A stretch of DNA of 64,000 nt from Octopus sinensis (Eukaryota): assembly GCF_006345805.1 (NCBI RefSeq), contig NC_043005.1, forward strand, positions 72,416,001 to 72,480,000, given 5' to 3'. Both the position numbers and the translations under genes were made by a program. Each line of letters begins with the position of its first letter. The first letter of the stretch is position 1. Below the pieces are notes generated by a model, which saw only the letters and a list, made by a program, of their open reading frames with translations, made no database searches and was not told the origin of the DNA. Below, piece by piece: positions 1 through 13,073 of the stretch.

Positions 1-235
1 AATTTAGGATTTATGGAGAGTAAAGTTGGGAACAAAAACAGGACAGTGGAGACACACACACACATAATATCATATCATGTATGATTTTTTCCTGTACTCG
101 GATGGGTTGAACTGACTTCTTTACACAACTCGCATTCTTCATCTGCATCACATACCCTTACCATTGCAGTCCACACTTTGGCTTATTTATCTTCTACTCA
201 GTTTTTGTCTCAACTCATTTATGCTCTTCCATTCA

Positions 236-486
236 TTTATGCTAACACCACATATCCAATAGACCATGCTTGCTTCATATAAATAGACACACATGCATAC
301 GTCATAGATGCTACAATGATTATTGCCCTCCCGCCTGGTATTAAAGTATTTAGAAGATTAGCAACTATCTACTGATCACTTATTAAATACTGTTACTCTA
401 TATCATGATCATTAGAGTATATTTTCCTATTCTTAACAGAGAGTCTAATCAGAAATATCTTAGTCAACTCATCATTAGATATCATA
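236..486 (+). pseudogene. cox1: Degenerate mitochondrial cox1 fragment (NUMT)
   Basis: From 283 in the invertebrate mito code: MDTHAYVMDATMIIALPPGIKVFSSLATIYWSLIKYCYSMSWSLEYIFLFLTESLISNILVNSSLDIM. This aligns without gaps to COX1 (V)[31 protein letters not shown]...[36 protein letters not shown] (HHM) lies just upstream. Confidence 0.9.
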
Positions 487-605
487 TGAGGTACTGGCTT
501 TAATAATCACCTGATATTGGTATCTGTTAGGCTTCTTTATGCAAGCAACTATGGCTGGAAACCATAATCAAATCCTTGTTAGTACTGCTTATGCTTTTAC
601 TCTTG

Positions 606-895
606 CCAGTGGTTAGAGCAGCGGACTCACGGTCGAGGGATCGCAGGTTCCAATCTCAGCCTGTGCAATGTGTGTGTTTATGAGCGAAACATCTAAGCTC
701 CACATGGCTCCAGCAGAAGGTAATGGCGAACTTCTGCTGACACTTTCGCCATAGCTTTCTCTCACTCTTTCCTCCTGCATCTTGCAGCTCACCTGCGACG
801 GACTGGCGTCCCGTCCAGGTGGGGAACGTATATGCCAAGGAAACCGGGAAACTGGCCCTTATGAGCCAGGCATGGCTCGAGAAGGAACAAACAAA
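606..895 (+). mobile_element. tRNA-derived SINE with V-domain-like core (5' truncated)
   Basis: A/B-box head remnant, TGCGACGGACTGGCGTCCCGTCCAGG block typical of V-SINEs, (AAAC)n tail; same family at 16690 and 22722. Confidence 0.85.
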
Positions 896-2157
896 ACAAA
901 GTTGTAGTAGAAGGCATTTGCTCAACATGAAATTAGACCCAGAACCATATGGTTGAGAAGCAATCCTCTTACCACATAGCCATGCCAACACCTGTAGCAT
1001 ACAAGTGCTTAGATTTGTCGAAAAACTACACACAAGCCACCTGTAATCAGCAGAATGCACTCATTGCTTGGTTACTACATAACATCCCTGTCACCAATAT
1101 TCCTTCTAATCCTTCATTGCGGATGTGCACAGAAGTTTGCCTTTGTGCAAACGTCGTCTTTATTTGCAAAGTATGTGCACATCCATGCGAGCAACCCTCT
1201 TCAATTAAAAAAATTTTGATTTCATCTTGTAAAGCCTGGGTGCACACCTTTTTCTCCTTTGTGTACCAATTGTAAAACACGTGCACGCTTGCACAAGCAC
1301 ACAACTTGAAGGGAACACTGCCTTACTACTCATAACAAAGGTTTCTTGGTTTCTTTTATTAGCTGAAAGCAATAAGGAACAAGGAGATATAGGCAATTTA
1401 ATGAAATACAATTCATGAGTGCTGTTTATTTTATCCACTTTCAATGGATGAAAGGCGAAGTCAGAACAAGTTGAAATCAAACTCAAGAAGATGGATGGAA
1501 CTAAATACTCAAACGCATATACATAATAATAGGCTTTCTTACATAAATCTGAGGAGGTGGGGGGTTGTTTTGTTTTTTGAACTGGGAAATACCATTTTCA
1601 AAACAATAGAAGATGTAAGGGAAGTGAATTAAGTAGCACTAGGAGATAAAACCATGCCATATCCACCGTTCATATGGAACGACTACAGCATATCAACAAA
1701 AAAAAAAAAAATGCATTGCTAATAGAAACCACCAGTTTATTGACAACAATGATATCACCTCCTCCCCTCCCTCCTTTTATTGTTGTTGTTGTTGTTCTGG
1801 TTGGTGCAACACAAGGTTATTATTATGTGAAAAGCAGTTGGGTTTTCAACTGGGTTTCCTGGTCCTTTCTTTGTCCCTGCCATATATTTCATAATCGTCA
1901 CATGTTTTGTAATATATTATTTTCGTATTTCTTTTTACATGATGTAATGTTCTATCTAAAAATGTTCATATTTGCACATGTCTACACACATGCACACATG
2001 CAACACACACATGTACACATGCATTCACACACAAATATACATTCTTATATACACAAGTATTGGCATATATACACATGATCACATGCATATATGTATGTGT
2101 GTATGAGTGTATGTATTACTGGCATTTTCTCCATTAATACAAGGCATGCATGCTAAA

Positions 2158-2573
2158 TCTATATATATATAAAGCTGAAGTTGTCTGTGTGTGTGGCAGG
2201 TTTGGTAGCCTTCAACTAACACTATCTCCTTCGAGACCCTGCGGCACAAGTTGGCCAAAATTGAAAGTATGATAGAAAAAATCTTTCTCTTCATTACATA
2301 GAAGAAAAAATTCAAATCGGACCATGTTAAGATCAAACATTTTTTTCTATGAAAATCCCTACTTTTTGCAATTTTTGGGTTGTGTGTCACCATTTTTCGG
2401 TGTATTTCAACCAGAAAAATGTTCACTTAAAGAGAATAACAAGCTATATAGCAAAATTTTTACTTTTCAAAAAAGATTGAAACTGTATCAAAACTTTGTT
2501 AATGCGACATCAAAGTCTGCCATTTTAAGCGCAATAAAAACCAAGCCCGAGCAACGCCAGGCTATACTGCTAG
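2158..2573 (+). mobile_element. Non-autonomous Helitron
   Basis: A|TCTATATATATATAAAG ... hairpin GCCCGAGCAACGCCAGGC ... CTAG|T: canonical ends and AT target. Confidence 0.85.
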
Positions 2574-2612
2574 TAATTTTTATAAAGACAGCTTGAAAAA
2601 TGTATATGCATA

Positions 2613-2617
<5 letters not shown>

Positions 2618-2678
<61 letters not shown>
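2618..2678. repeat. (TA)n microsatellite
   Basis: Near-perfect dinucleotide run. Confidence 0.95.
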
Positions 2679-2681
<3 letters not shown>

Positions 2682-2915
2682 TACATACACAGGTACATAT
2701 TTGTATATACACCCTTCTCTACTATGATTTTGATTTTTGAAATTGCATTCTCATGTAGATAAATACACCCATGAATACATATATACCTATATGCATATCA
2801 TATAGTGATACTTGAGGCATGATCAACTAGTCAGGAAAACTCCTCTCTCTTTTTTTTTTTTTTGCACTAAAAGTATAGATGAAATATATTTGTATTTTTA
2901 TTACATTATCACAAC

Positions 2916-2961
<46 letters not shown>

Positions 2962-2964
<3 letters not shown>

Positions 2965-3012
2965 GCCCTGATGCAGTACCAGACAGTGGCTCTCGTGGCT
3001 TCTGACTGGAAG
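2962..3012 (-). mobile_element. 3' tail fragment of (TAA)n-associated retroelement
   Basis: AATGCCCTGATGCAGTACCAGACAGTGGCTCTC directly after (AAT)n; same end as the copy at 9247. Confidence 0.7.
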
Positions 3013-3651
3013 TAAAAGAGTAAATACGGATGGTAAATCAAATTAATACACTTGTCAATGTTCACATACATTCACATACTTCTATTGTCCATGCACACAC
3101 ATTTACACACATACTCACACAGGGTGGAAATGGTGTTTGATGTTTCTTTTCAGCATTGAATGTTCACCATGTCACCAGTTTGCCATCACCCCTTCCTTCC
3201 TTCCTTCCAAATTCAGCTATCACCCTTTCCTTTCTCATTCATACGTTGTGATGGAGAAAAACACAAGAGTATTATTGTAGCAGATTATTATTATTAGATT
3301 GTAAGAGAGTTGCACAAAATACTTCAAGGCATGTGCTCCAAATTATTACATAAGGAGTTCGAACCCTGCACCAAGGTCAACTTTACCCTTCGCCTCTCCA
3401 GGGTTGACAATATGACATTAATGTACCAGTCAAACACTGGATCCATTTTCTTGAGTAATTCTCTCCCCTGAAATTTCAAGCTGTCTGTCTCTAACATAAA
3501 TGATTATTGTTGTTATTAGTGGAGATGGTGGCAGTGCTGGTGGTGATGGTAGTAGTAGTAGTAGTAGTAGTAGTTGTTGTAGTAGTAGTAGTAGTGATAG
3601 TAATAGTAGTAGTAGTAGTAGTTGTTGTTGTGGTGGTGGTGGTAAATATTA

Positions 3652-3882
3652 CTTTCAAATTTTGGCACAAGGTCAGTAAGTTCATGGGAGTGTGCAAGTT
3701 GATTATATCAACCCCCCACCTCATCCCCCAGTGTTCAGCTGGTACTTATTTTATCGATCCCAAATGGATGAAAATCAACACTGCCCTCGGCAGAATTTGA
3801 ACTCAGAATGTAATGACAGACGAAATGCCACAAAGCATTTTGCCCAGCATGCCGACGATTCTACCAGCTCACCACCTTACCT
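3652..3882 (-). mobile_element. tRNA-derived SINE, family A (short-tail variant)
   Basis: Reverse complement of GGTGAGCTGGTAGAATCG...TTCTGAGTTCAAATTC...TTTCATCC...GATAAAATAAGTACCAG, embedded in (GTA)n. Confidence 0.8.
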
Positions 3883-3938
<56 letters not shown>

Positions 3939-4379
3939 CATAGTGTCTAGCTATTATTATTTAACCCCAGGTTAATCACGATTCAGTAAACCTATGACCA
4001 AAAGCATTCTATTCTATCCTCTTAGGTTTGTCTCAGACACTGTTACTCAGTGTGATGTGTCCTTCCTTGTTTATGACAGTGGGGTGGTGTTGGTGGTGGG
4101 GGCTGCTGTCATTTGAGTGACCACGGAGAGGCTCGTCCAACTACTAGTAATAGTAGCGTCAGCAGCAACAGAAGCAGCAGAGATTTCCAGGAACTATAAC
4201 ATAGCAGTTTCATAGTTATTATAGATTGTTACATTTTGTGTACTGCAACAGCTCTGTGCTGTGATAGTTGGTAGTTGCCACTGTTTTCAGTGAAGACGTG
4301 TTTTGTTTGTTGTTTGTGTGTGTGTGCAGAGATAGTTGTAAACATAGGAGTAAACAAGGAAGAAAAGTGTTATCATACA

Positions 4380-4430
<51 letters not shown>

Positions 4431-4985
4431 ATATATCTCTGTGTGTATAGGCATAAATATGCATGTATATATATGTGGGTGGGTGTGTACAGAGGTGTAA
4501 ATATGAATAAAGAAGGAGAAAAAGTCTAATAATAAATGATTATATATATAAATATATATGTATGTATGTATATACATATCTGTATGTGTGTATATTCATG
4601 TCTATGTGTGTGTATATGCTTGTATATGTATGTGTGCATTGATAGTTGCAGGCAGATGAGTAAACAAACAGAAAAAAAAGTTTAATCATTTAAGTGTATA
4701 TATATATATATACATACATATATAGATGGCTGTATGTGTACGCTTAGTTGTGAATATGTGTAAGCAAGCAAAAAAATGTCTCATCATATATGTGTATACA
4801 TATCTGTGTGTGTGTGTGTGTCTATGTCTGTGTTTTAATATACTTAGTTAAGATTTAAGTATATTCACAAGCCCAGCATAAAATGGATAAAAAAATGAAG
4901 AAACACATACTTGAATAGCATTCAACCATGATACCATTATACCAAATTGACATCCCATTCCACCATCAAATTTAACACAAAGTAA

Positions 4986-5325
4986 GGAGGCATGATTGTG
5001 TGGTAAGAAGTTTGTTTTCCAATCACATGATTCTGGGTTCAGTTCCATCCTGTGGTTCCTTGGGCTGATCAAAGCCTTGTGAGTGAATTTGGTAGATGGA
5101 AACTAAAAGAAACCTATCATATGTACAGTATGCGTGTGTGTGTGTGTGTGTATGTATGTGTGTGTTTGCAGTCCCTGTAACCTAGTGGTTCAGCAAAAGA
5201 GACCAATGGAAAAACTACCAGGTTTAAGAAAAATAAGTGCAGGGTTTGATTTGTTCAACTAAAATTCTTCAAGGTGGTGTCCAGCATGGTTGCAGTCTAA
5301 TGGGGGAAATGAGTAAAAGAAAGAA
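4986..5325 (+). mobile_element. CORE-like SINE, family B, with internal (TG)n
   Basis: TGTGTGGTAAGAAG head, GGTTCAGTTCC B-box, internal microsatellite, CAGCATGG...GTAAAAGA tail. Confidence 0.8.
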
Positions 5326-5691
5326 GATGCCACAGGGCCAATTACCATTGTGTATCTCAATTGCATCACACAAGCTTCATCAACATTTTTGATAAACTCT
5401 TAAACCCCAGTAAAAAAAGTTGTCAATTTGTTGGTTTCACAGCCTAGTCTTACACCAGTTAATATGATGCTGAATAAAACAATTCTAGGATATAAATTTG
5501 AAACAGTATGAATGCTTAAAGTTCAAGTATATTCACAAGCATGGCATAAAATGAGAAAGAAGTGGATAGGATGTGCCTGAGCATGGTCACAGCCAATGAG
5601 TTGTAATAGGTCAAAGAAATAAAGTAAAAATTAAGTTTTATCTTGAGTCCTAAGGTTGACAGAGCTGGTTACCCAGTTTCTATGACATATA

Positions 5692-5826
5692 GTCTTGATC
5701 TGGCAGAGTTTCTACAGCTGGATCAAGACTGGAGCCTGGTGCAGCCATCTGGTGCGCCAGCCCACAGTCAAACCGTCCAAACCATGCAAGCATATAAGGT
5801 GGTCGTTAAACGACGATGATGATAAA
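5692..5826 (+). mobile_element. RTE 3'-end fragment with 5' inversion
   Basis: 5692-5723 is the reverse complement of ATCCAGCTGTAGAAACTCTGCCAGATCAAGAC; 5721-5826 continues in sense to a (GAT)n tail. Confidence 0.8.
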
Positions 5827-6607
5827 TGACTGGGGTCACAACATTTCCTCTGAATGGAACATACCTGAGTGAACTGAAACAACATGAAATGTAGCATAGT
5901 TAATAAAGATAGAAGCAGTAACAATACCAAATGGCAATCTTTATATCCAACTTAATGTGGATGTTTTGTTAGAACACCGAATACTGCATTATTTAGCTAG
6001 AGAAAACCTATCATATAGACTCATGGTGCATAAAAGTAGAATCCTCTACTACAGCTTCTAAATCACGTGATTTTGCCATTTTAAGCTCCTCAGTGGCAGA
6101 CATCTGGTAGTAACATAACAGTGAAATCTCTCTGTCAGTGTTATATAAAGTTTCAGTGTCTTTTCAGACACTGATATCACATGCTTCTTGAAATAATAAT
6201 TAAGGTGGTACACCACCTGTATCAGGAATGGAAACTCTGCACTTGTGATCATAAGCACAACACTCTAACCACTAGGCCAAGTTGGAGGGTAAAATACTAT
6301 ATATACAGAATGCATCAAAAAACTAAGAACAAGGAAAATAGAACAAGGAAAATAGTATTCTGTTAGTAACACATTCAACAGACGTAAAACCAAGTACATT
6401 TAAAAAATATATCCCATTCTATGAAACTGCTCTCAATCCCAGTAAAAGCTCTGATGTGGGCATCAAAGTATCTGCACGCTGAGAACACTTGTTATATCTC
6501 AGTTGTCTCTATTGAGGTTTTGACACTGTAAGGAAGTGTCCTGATACCCACTCCCAATGATACATCATATCCAGTAACTACACAAACTATGAAGTATATG
6601 ATATCTG

Positions 6608-6840
6608 GGAGGCAAGCTGGCAGAAACGTTAGCACACCAGGCAAAATACTTAGTGGTATTTTGTCTACCACTACGTTCTGAGTTCAAATCCTGCTGAGGT
6701 CAACTTTGCCTTTCATCCTTTCGGGGTTGATTAAATAATGACCAGTTACGGACTGGGAGCGATGTAATTGACTTTATCCTTTTGCCTCTCCTTGTTTGTC
6801 CCCTCTGTGTTTAGCCCCTTGTGGGTAGTAAAGAAATAGA
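6608..6840 (+). mobile_element. tRNA-derived SINE, family A, with TSD
   Basis: GAGGTCAACTTTGCCTTTCATCCTTTCGGGGTTGAT central block, GTAAAGAAATAG tail; direct repeat TATATGATATCTGGGAGG at 6595-6612 and 6841-6858. Confidence 0.9.
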
Positions 6841-7002
6841 TATATGATATCTGGGAGGGATGAGTCACAAGGTCACACAGTTTTCCCCGGCCTTGCAAGG
6901 CATGAAATGTCCTCCCGCTCTTCATACAAGTCTTGTATCTGATATCCTCATGTCCTTTATGCATGATACTGCAATATTCTAATAGATTCTAATAGATAAA
7001 AG

Positions 7003-7355
7003 CACCATCTGAGCGTGATCGTTACCAGTGTCGCCTTACTGGCACATGAACAAAACACTCAAGCGAAGTCGTTGCCAATGCCGCTGGACTGACTCCTGTG
7101 CAGGTGACACATAAAAAACACCATTTTCGAGTGTGGCCATTGCCAGTACCGCCAGACTGGCTCTCGTGCCAGTGGCATGTAAAAGCACCCACTACACTCT
7201 CGGAGTGGTTGGCGTTAGGAAGAGCATCCAGCTGTAGAAACTCTGCCAGATCAGATTGGAGCCTGGTGCAGCCATCTGGTTCGCCAGACCTCAGTCAATC
7301 GTCCAACACATGCTAGCATGGAAAGCGGACATTAAATGATGATGATGATGATGAT
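7003..7355 (+). mobile_element. RTE 3'UTR fragment
   Basis: ~60-bp GGTGGCAC(A/G)TAAAA repeat units, TTAGGAAGAGCATCCAGCTGTAG motif, (GAT)n tail; same UTR follows the RTE ORF at 61039. Confidence 0.85.
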
Positions 7356-8194
7356 GGTTTGATGTCCTAGTACACCATACATTTAATAATGCATCACCAT
7401 GCAAATCTTGTATTTGATGTCCTTTTGCCATACTTCTGACACTGCACTATCATGTATGCATTGCACCTGCTGTCCAAGTACATCGTATATCTGATAGTAC
7501 ACCATCATGTTATTCTTGTACCAAATCTCATTGTCAACCCCGGCATATGATGAGCTACTCGGCTCATCACATACCAGGGCTGTTGTTGATGATAACCTGG
7601 ACAAGCTGGACAAACTTGGTCATCTTGATGACTTTTGACCTCTATGAAAGTTTCTTTCTATTGACCATGATGTCATATCACACTAGAATCTTTCAATAGC
7701 CTCCCATGATACCAACTCTCATGTGTCTATACTTTACATTGAATATACCATGGAGTATTTTTCCCCACTCATTTCCCACATGTTGAGCTGGTCTTTTTCC
7801 CTGAGATTATCTAGGTCTTGATTTCTTTCTTACTTTCTTACTTTCTCTTATACGTACCTATATTAATTCATAGAGGTGCATACATGGTTTTGTGCTTAAG
7901 AAGTTCACTTTGCAGCCACATGGTATTTTGGGTTCAGTCCTGCTGCACAGCACCTTCAGCAAATGTTTTCTGCTAAAGACCAAAGACGAAAGACCAACCA
8001 GTTGCTCTTGTAAGAGCATGGAAATTTTAGGAGGCCTATTGTACGTGTGTGTGTGTGTGTGTGTTTGTGTGTGTATGTATATATATTTACACACACACAC
8101 ATACACATACAATACCTACATTCATATATGTATAAATGTGTATATATATATATATATATAATATACTATGTATATATGTATATATGTATATATA

Positions 8195-8227
<33 letters not shown>

Positions 8228-8296
8228 GTATATATACATATATATCATATATATATACATACATATATATATATATATATAATATATATATACATG

Positions 8297-8543
8297 AGTA
8301 AGCACATAAATGCAAAACAAAGTGGAATAGAATAGTGCTCAACTACCAGAGGTAGAGTAATATACTTTATCTAATTAATACTGCAAGATCATCACAGAAA
8401 AACTGCTACTCAGAGTTTCCCATTTCTGTTCGTCAGGTAGTTGTGACCAAGAATCTTGATCGCAACTTCCCAACAAGTGGGAATGTGAAACTCTGAGTTG
8501 CAGATTATTTTGTGATGTTCTTGCAGCTTTAATAAATAAAAGT
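8297..8543. mobile_element. Head-to-head Penelope pLTR-like pair (58-bp inverted arms)
   Basis: 8362-8419 and 8487-8543 are imperfect reverse complements, each with GAAACTCTGAGT(A/T) and a downstream ATAAA; flanked by microsatellites. Confidence 0.7.
8401..8443 (-). ncRNA. Minimal type I hammerhead ribozyme motif
   Basis: caactac-CTGACGA-ACA GAAA TGG-GAAA-CT CTG AG-TA|gcagtt; stem I has one mismatch and the first pair of stem II is A.G. Confidence 0.65.
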
Positions 8544-9246
8544 GTGTGTGTGTATGTGAGTAAATTTAGTTATATGTAAATACGTGCATGTATACATATG
8601 TATTTACATACAAAAGCATATGCAGACTCACACTGACATATCAGTATGCTGTTATTTTCTTATCACTATTTGATAACATTTTACTGTCATAGATAACATA
8701 TTTCTAAGTAGAACAGAGATTAGTATATTGATAAATTATCTTTCAACAGGGACAGAAAAAGATGAGTGCAGGATAAAAAGAAACTGGGAGAAAGAATGAC
8801 AGAGAGACAGAGAGAGTGAGAGAAAGAGAGATAGTAGGAAAGTGAGAGACTTAAGGAGAGTGGGGAGAGCAAAATTAATTATTCCACTAATCTTCTTCAC
8901 GTTTTTCTTGAAGAATTTCCCATTTTAAATGTTGTTATTTAAAATAGAAAGATATTTTTCTTGATTTTTTTTTGTTACTATTTTTTCTTCGTGTGTATGT
9001 GTGTGTAGGTGTGGAGGGAGAAATATATCGAAATTATTTTGAAAATTCATTGCAAATTATTACTTCCAAATATAGTACAGTAATGAATTTCTAAATTCTG
9101 AATAAAAAAAAAGGTTATTCTGTGATTTTATTGTCTAAATGTATTTTCTTCTGAAGGAAATGAAATTTTGGTCTACTTAATATTAGATAGCAATTTAAAC
9201 TCCCTTATAGACATTTTAATGACATTAGATATGTAATAATAATAAT

Positions 9247-9700
9247 AATAAATGCCTTGATGCAGTACCAGGCAGTGGCTCTCATGGCTTCTGATCTTAA
9301 CCAACTGGAAGTGTTATCATGTACATTGTTTTGTCTTGGTATGAAAGATGGGCTACAGCAAATATTCTGCTCAATACCACAGATTTGCTTGTCAGTTGTT
9401 TGACCTTAACCACTTGAGCATGTCTCTTAGTGGCTGACAGTATATGTATGTCTGATCACAGGCATAAGTAGTTGGGTAGCTTCATAGCCATGTGTTGAGA
9501 GGAATTCTTTGTGGTTTGGATAATTCACCTCTGGAAACATAGGTGTTTCATTCAACATCCTTCAACAACCCTTAATCAAGGACTTTTTGAGTGGGATGGG
9601 CTCTTCGACCTCATGAAAATTCAAACCGAGCTCCATCTGCAAGGTCATGTGCCGTTTATCTTGATATGAGATCACCATGTCGTGCACACCAACTAAATGA
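9247..9700 (-). mobile_element. (TAA)n-associated non-LTR-like element (possibly Dong/R4-related)
   Basis: Reverse-complement homologue of 33645-34068; 3' end abuts (AAT)n; fragments at 2962 and 23427. Confidence 0.7.
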
Positions 9701-10419
9701 TAAAAGCTGGAGTGTCTCCTTTGAGTGCAGAATCTCACAGTGGTTGTGTATTTCAACAGCACATTTCTCATTATGTGAGGATCACATCAATGTAGTTTGC
9801 ACTTAGGCTTAGGTAAAGGGTTAACAACTGATCAATGCTGAAATATATTCTAGTTTTGAAGAAGAACTTTAGTCTTTGTGATTCTGATTTCACAAAAGCT
9901 CGACGTAACTTATCAGAAACCTCTGCTATGTTTCTGATAAGGTTTCAGTTATTTGTTATTTATGTTGAGTAAAAGCACATGGACGAGACTATTTCCTTGA
10001 AATATGTCATCATTTGTGTTGCTGTTGAATGAAACCAGGTAATTCTGTGTCAAGTGAATTATTTTCTATTAGTTTCTATTCATGTGAACACTTTGTTTGT
10101 TTGTTTGAAGTCACTTGGTCGTCTCTGTGTAGAATGTTGAATAAAAGTGCAGTTTTATCATTTGTATAAGAATGTGAATAGATGGAAGTAACTAATTCGT
10201 TCCGCAATGTACACGAGGAATATCTAGGAGGCAAAAGTGATATCTAGGAGGCAAGCTTGTAATATTCATATATACATGTATGTATGTATGTGTATGTGTG
10301 TGTGTGTGTGTGTGGTGTGTGTAATGAAAAATACACATTAAGTACTGGACATCACCAGCGAGTGAAAAATATGTAAATATGTACAAATATGTAAATATGT
10401 ACAAATACAAAAAAGATAC

Positions 10420-10441
10420 ACATTAGATAGATAGATAGATG

Positions 10442-10491
<50 letters not shown>

Positions 10492-10548
10492 GAGACAGGA
10501 CAGACAGACAGGTAGATAGACAGACAGATATACAGATAAATAGACAGG

Positions 10549-10587
<39 letters not shown>

Positions 10588-10744
10588 GGAGATAGATAGA
10601 GTGATAGATAGAGAGATTGATTGATAGATAAAGAGATAGGGAGATAGATAGAGAGAAAGAAAGATAGAGAGAGGGAGAAAGAGAGAAAGAAAGACAGAGA
10701 GAGATATAGAAAGAGTGAGAGATAGAGATAGATAGATATGTGTG

Positions 10745-10785
<41 letters not shown>

Positions 10786-10790
10786 ATGTG
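10420..10790. repeat. Compound (GATA)n/(GA)n/(TG)n microsatellite
   Basis: Visible tetra- and dinucleotide arrays. Confidence 0.95.
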
Positions 10791-11227
10791 TGTGGTACAG
10801 ACTCATCATATACATATGTAAATATCAAACAATGGACATGAGTGCTAAACACCACATTGGTGAATAATGATTCTTTATTAGTGTATTAAGGTTACCTCAG
10901 CAATTATCAAGCCTATCATGTGAAACATCAGTATTCGTTTCCATTTTTGATAAAAGCACTTATATACATAAGTACAAGTGCCATGCAGTGGGACTGAACC
11001 CAGAACCATGTGGTTGGGAAGGAAGCTTCTTACCTCACAGCCACTCCTACGCCTGTATACATGTATGATTTTATTGAAGTGTATATGGATCTGTTTGTGT
11101 GCATGTGTATGTAAAAGGTATGACAAGTCTGTATATATACAGCAATATATGTGTGAGTATCTATGATATGCTTTTTCGACCCTAATTTGGTCTCCTTAGG
11201 ATCCTGTAATCAAGTAATTAATAATAT

Positions 11228-11432
11228 CAACCTCATCATCATCATCATCATTTGGCCTCTGCTTTCCATACTGGCATGGATTAAACAGTTTGACTGGAAC
11301 AGGTTAGTCGGAGAGCTGTACCAGGTTCCAGACTGATTTGGCATGGTTTCTACAGTTGGATGCCCTTTCTAATTTCAACATCTCCAAGAGTGTAGTGGAT
11401 GCTTTTGTGTGTCACTGGCATAAGTGCCTTTT
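11228..11432 (-). mobile_element. RTE 3'UTR fragment
   Basis: (CAT)n tail, then reverse complement of the TTAG-AAGGGCATCCA-CTGTAGAAAC motif. Confidence 0.75.
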
Positions 11433-11438
11433 GCATGT

Positions 11439-11474
<36 letters not shown>

Positions 11475-11646
11475 AGGAGAGTTTACGAAAAAAACAAAAG
11501 ATGAAGACAGGTAGTGTGCAAAGCAAACAGATGTATTAGTATAACGCTCAGGAATAGAAAAAGTCTTTTACGTTTCGAGCCCACGATCTTCTACAGAAAG
11601 GGACACAGAAAAAACAAGGATAGAAAAAAATGTGTTGTAGTGGCTA
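11475..11646 (-). mobile_element. Penelope pLTR-like unit with degenerate zero-loop hammerhead
   Basis: 11563-11604 on -: gtcccttt-CTGTAGA-A-GATC gtgg GCTC-GAAA-CG-TA|aaagac; (TA)n on both sides. Confidence 0.6.
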
Positions 11647-11699
11647 TATATATCATGACCTCAGTCACATGGCTGAAACGAATAAAAAGATAAAGAATA

Positions 11700-11743
<44 letters not shown>

Positions 11744-12040
11744 ATATATATATATGTGATTCAAATGATGACAAGGTGCTTTTTGGAGTATGAGTATACA
11801 GTTAATTAGATAGACTTTCAGAATTCGGGTTGTAGTGAGAGCTGTATTTTGAATATCAGGTTGATGATATGCACAGAAAGTGAAATTTGCACTGAAGAAA
11901 ATTAAATGTCACAATCAAATACTGTAAGGTTTTCATCCAATATTCTACCAATTCTGCCATTTCATTCCCTCTCTCCCATAACTCTCTCTCTCTCTCTCTC
12001 TTTGTGTGCATGTCTGTGTGTGTATATGTGGGTGTGTATG

Positions 12041-12098
<58 letters not shown>

Positions 12099-12656
12099 TA
12101 CATATATATATGTATGTGTATATATATATATACTTTTGTACATACATATATATATATGTGTGTGTGTGTGTGCATATGTATGTCTATATATATATATATA
12201 TATAAAAAAAATTTTAACTATATATATGTATGTAAATATTCATATTTATATAACTGTATATGTGTGTGTGTTGTATGTATGTATATTTATATGACCACAT
12301 GCATTCACGAACTGATGTATAGCAAAATGCACATAGTCATTCAAAAATGCATACAACACATGTGCACATTGCTGAGCTGGTTGTGTACTACTACTGCATT
12401 ATCTAATAAGAATAATGGTTTATGGCGGTGTATAATTTCTAGCTTTTGCTCAATGGATTCCTGTCAGCACAAACTAATATCACTTGAGAGCATTTTGCAC
12501 TGGCCATCACTTGAAAACTTGAGGCTGTAATAAAGATAACAAATCCAACTGTATAAATGATGGTTTATGAAACACATATTTACGATATTGAAAATATATA
12601 TGTGCAAGAAATATTGCTCTCTTTATTTCCTTTTGCTCTCACATGTGTATGTGTGT

Positions 12657-12742
<86 letters not shown>

Positions 12743-12757
12743 TTATATATACCATAT

Positions 12758-12790
<33 letters not shown>

Positions 12791-13073
12791 GCATTTATAT
12801 ATACATATACATATATATATATATGCATTTATATATACATACATTTATATATATACACACACATACGTACATGTATATATATGTATGGATATAATCACCA
12901 TCATTATATATACATAGGGAGAGAGACTGAGATGTACATATACACAGACACATTTTTGTATGATAGTTCAAATGTAAAATGTGCATGTGTCTGTGCATCT
13001 AAAATAGCTCTGAATGAGGTGGGTGTATAGTGTATATTTGTGTGTGTGTGTATGCATGTGTATTTATATGTAC

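Noticed and set aside
1047-1304. 85-aa minus-strand ORF with non-repetitive composition
   Set aside because: No motif, no splice support; length is within chance expectation
7003-7200. Regularly spaced repeats resembling a CRISPR array
   Set aside because: The units are degenerate and contiguous with no unique spacers, no cas genes are present, and they belong to the RTE 3'UTR in a eukaryotic context
7340-7620. Possible LINE RT remnant on - (GKRTSNTRF)
   Set aside because: Similarity too weak to support by eye
9853-10040. Unique segment with an 11-bp hairpin (TTATCAGAAAC/GTTTCTGATAA) and a short ORF before GTAATT
   Set aside because: A short stem and 12-codon frame are expected by chance in AT-rich DNA
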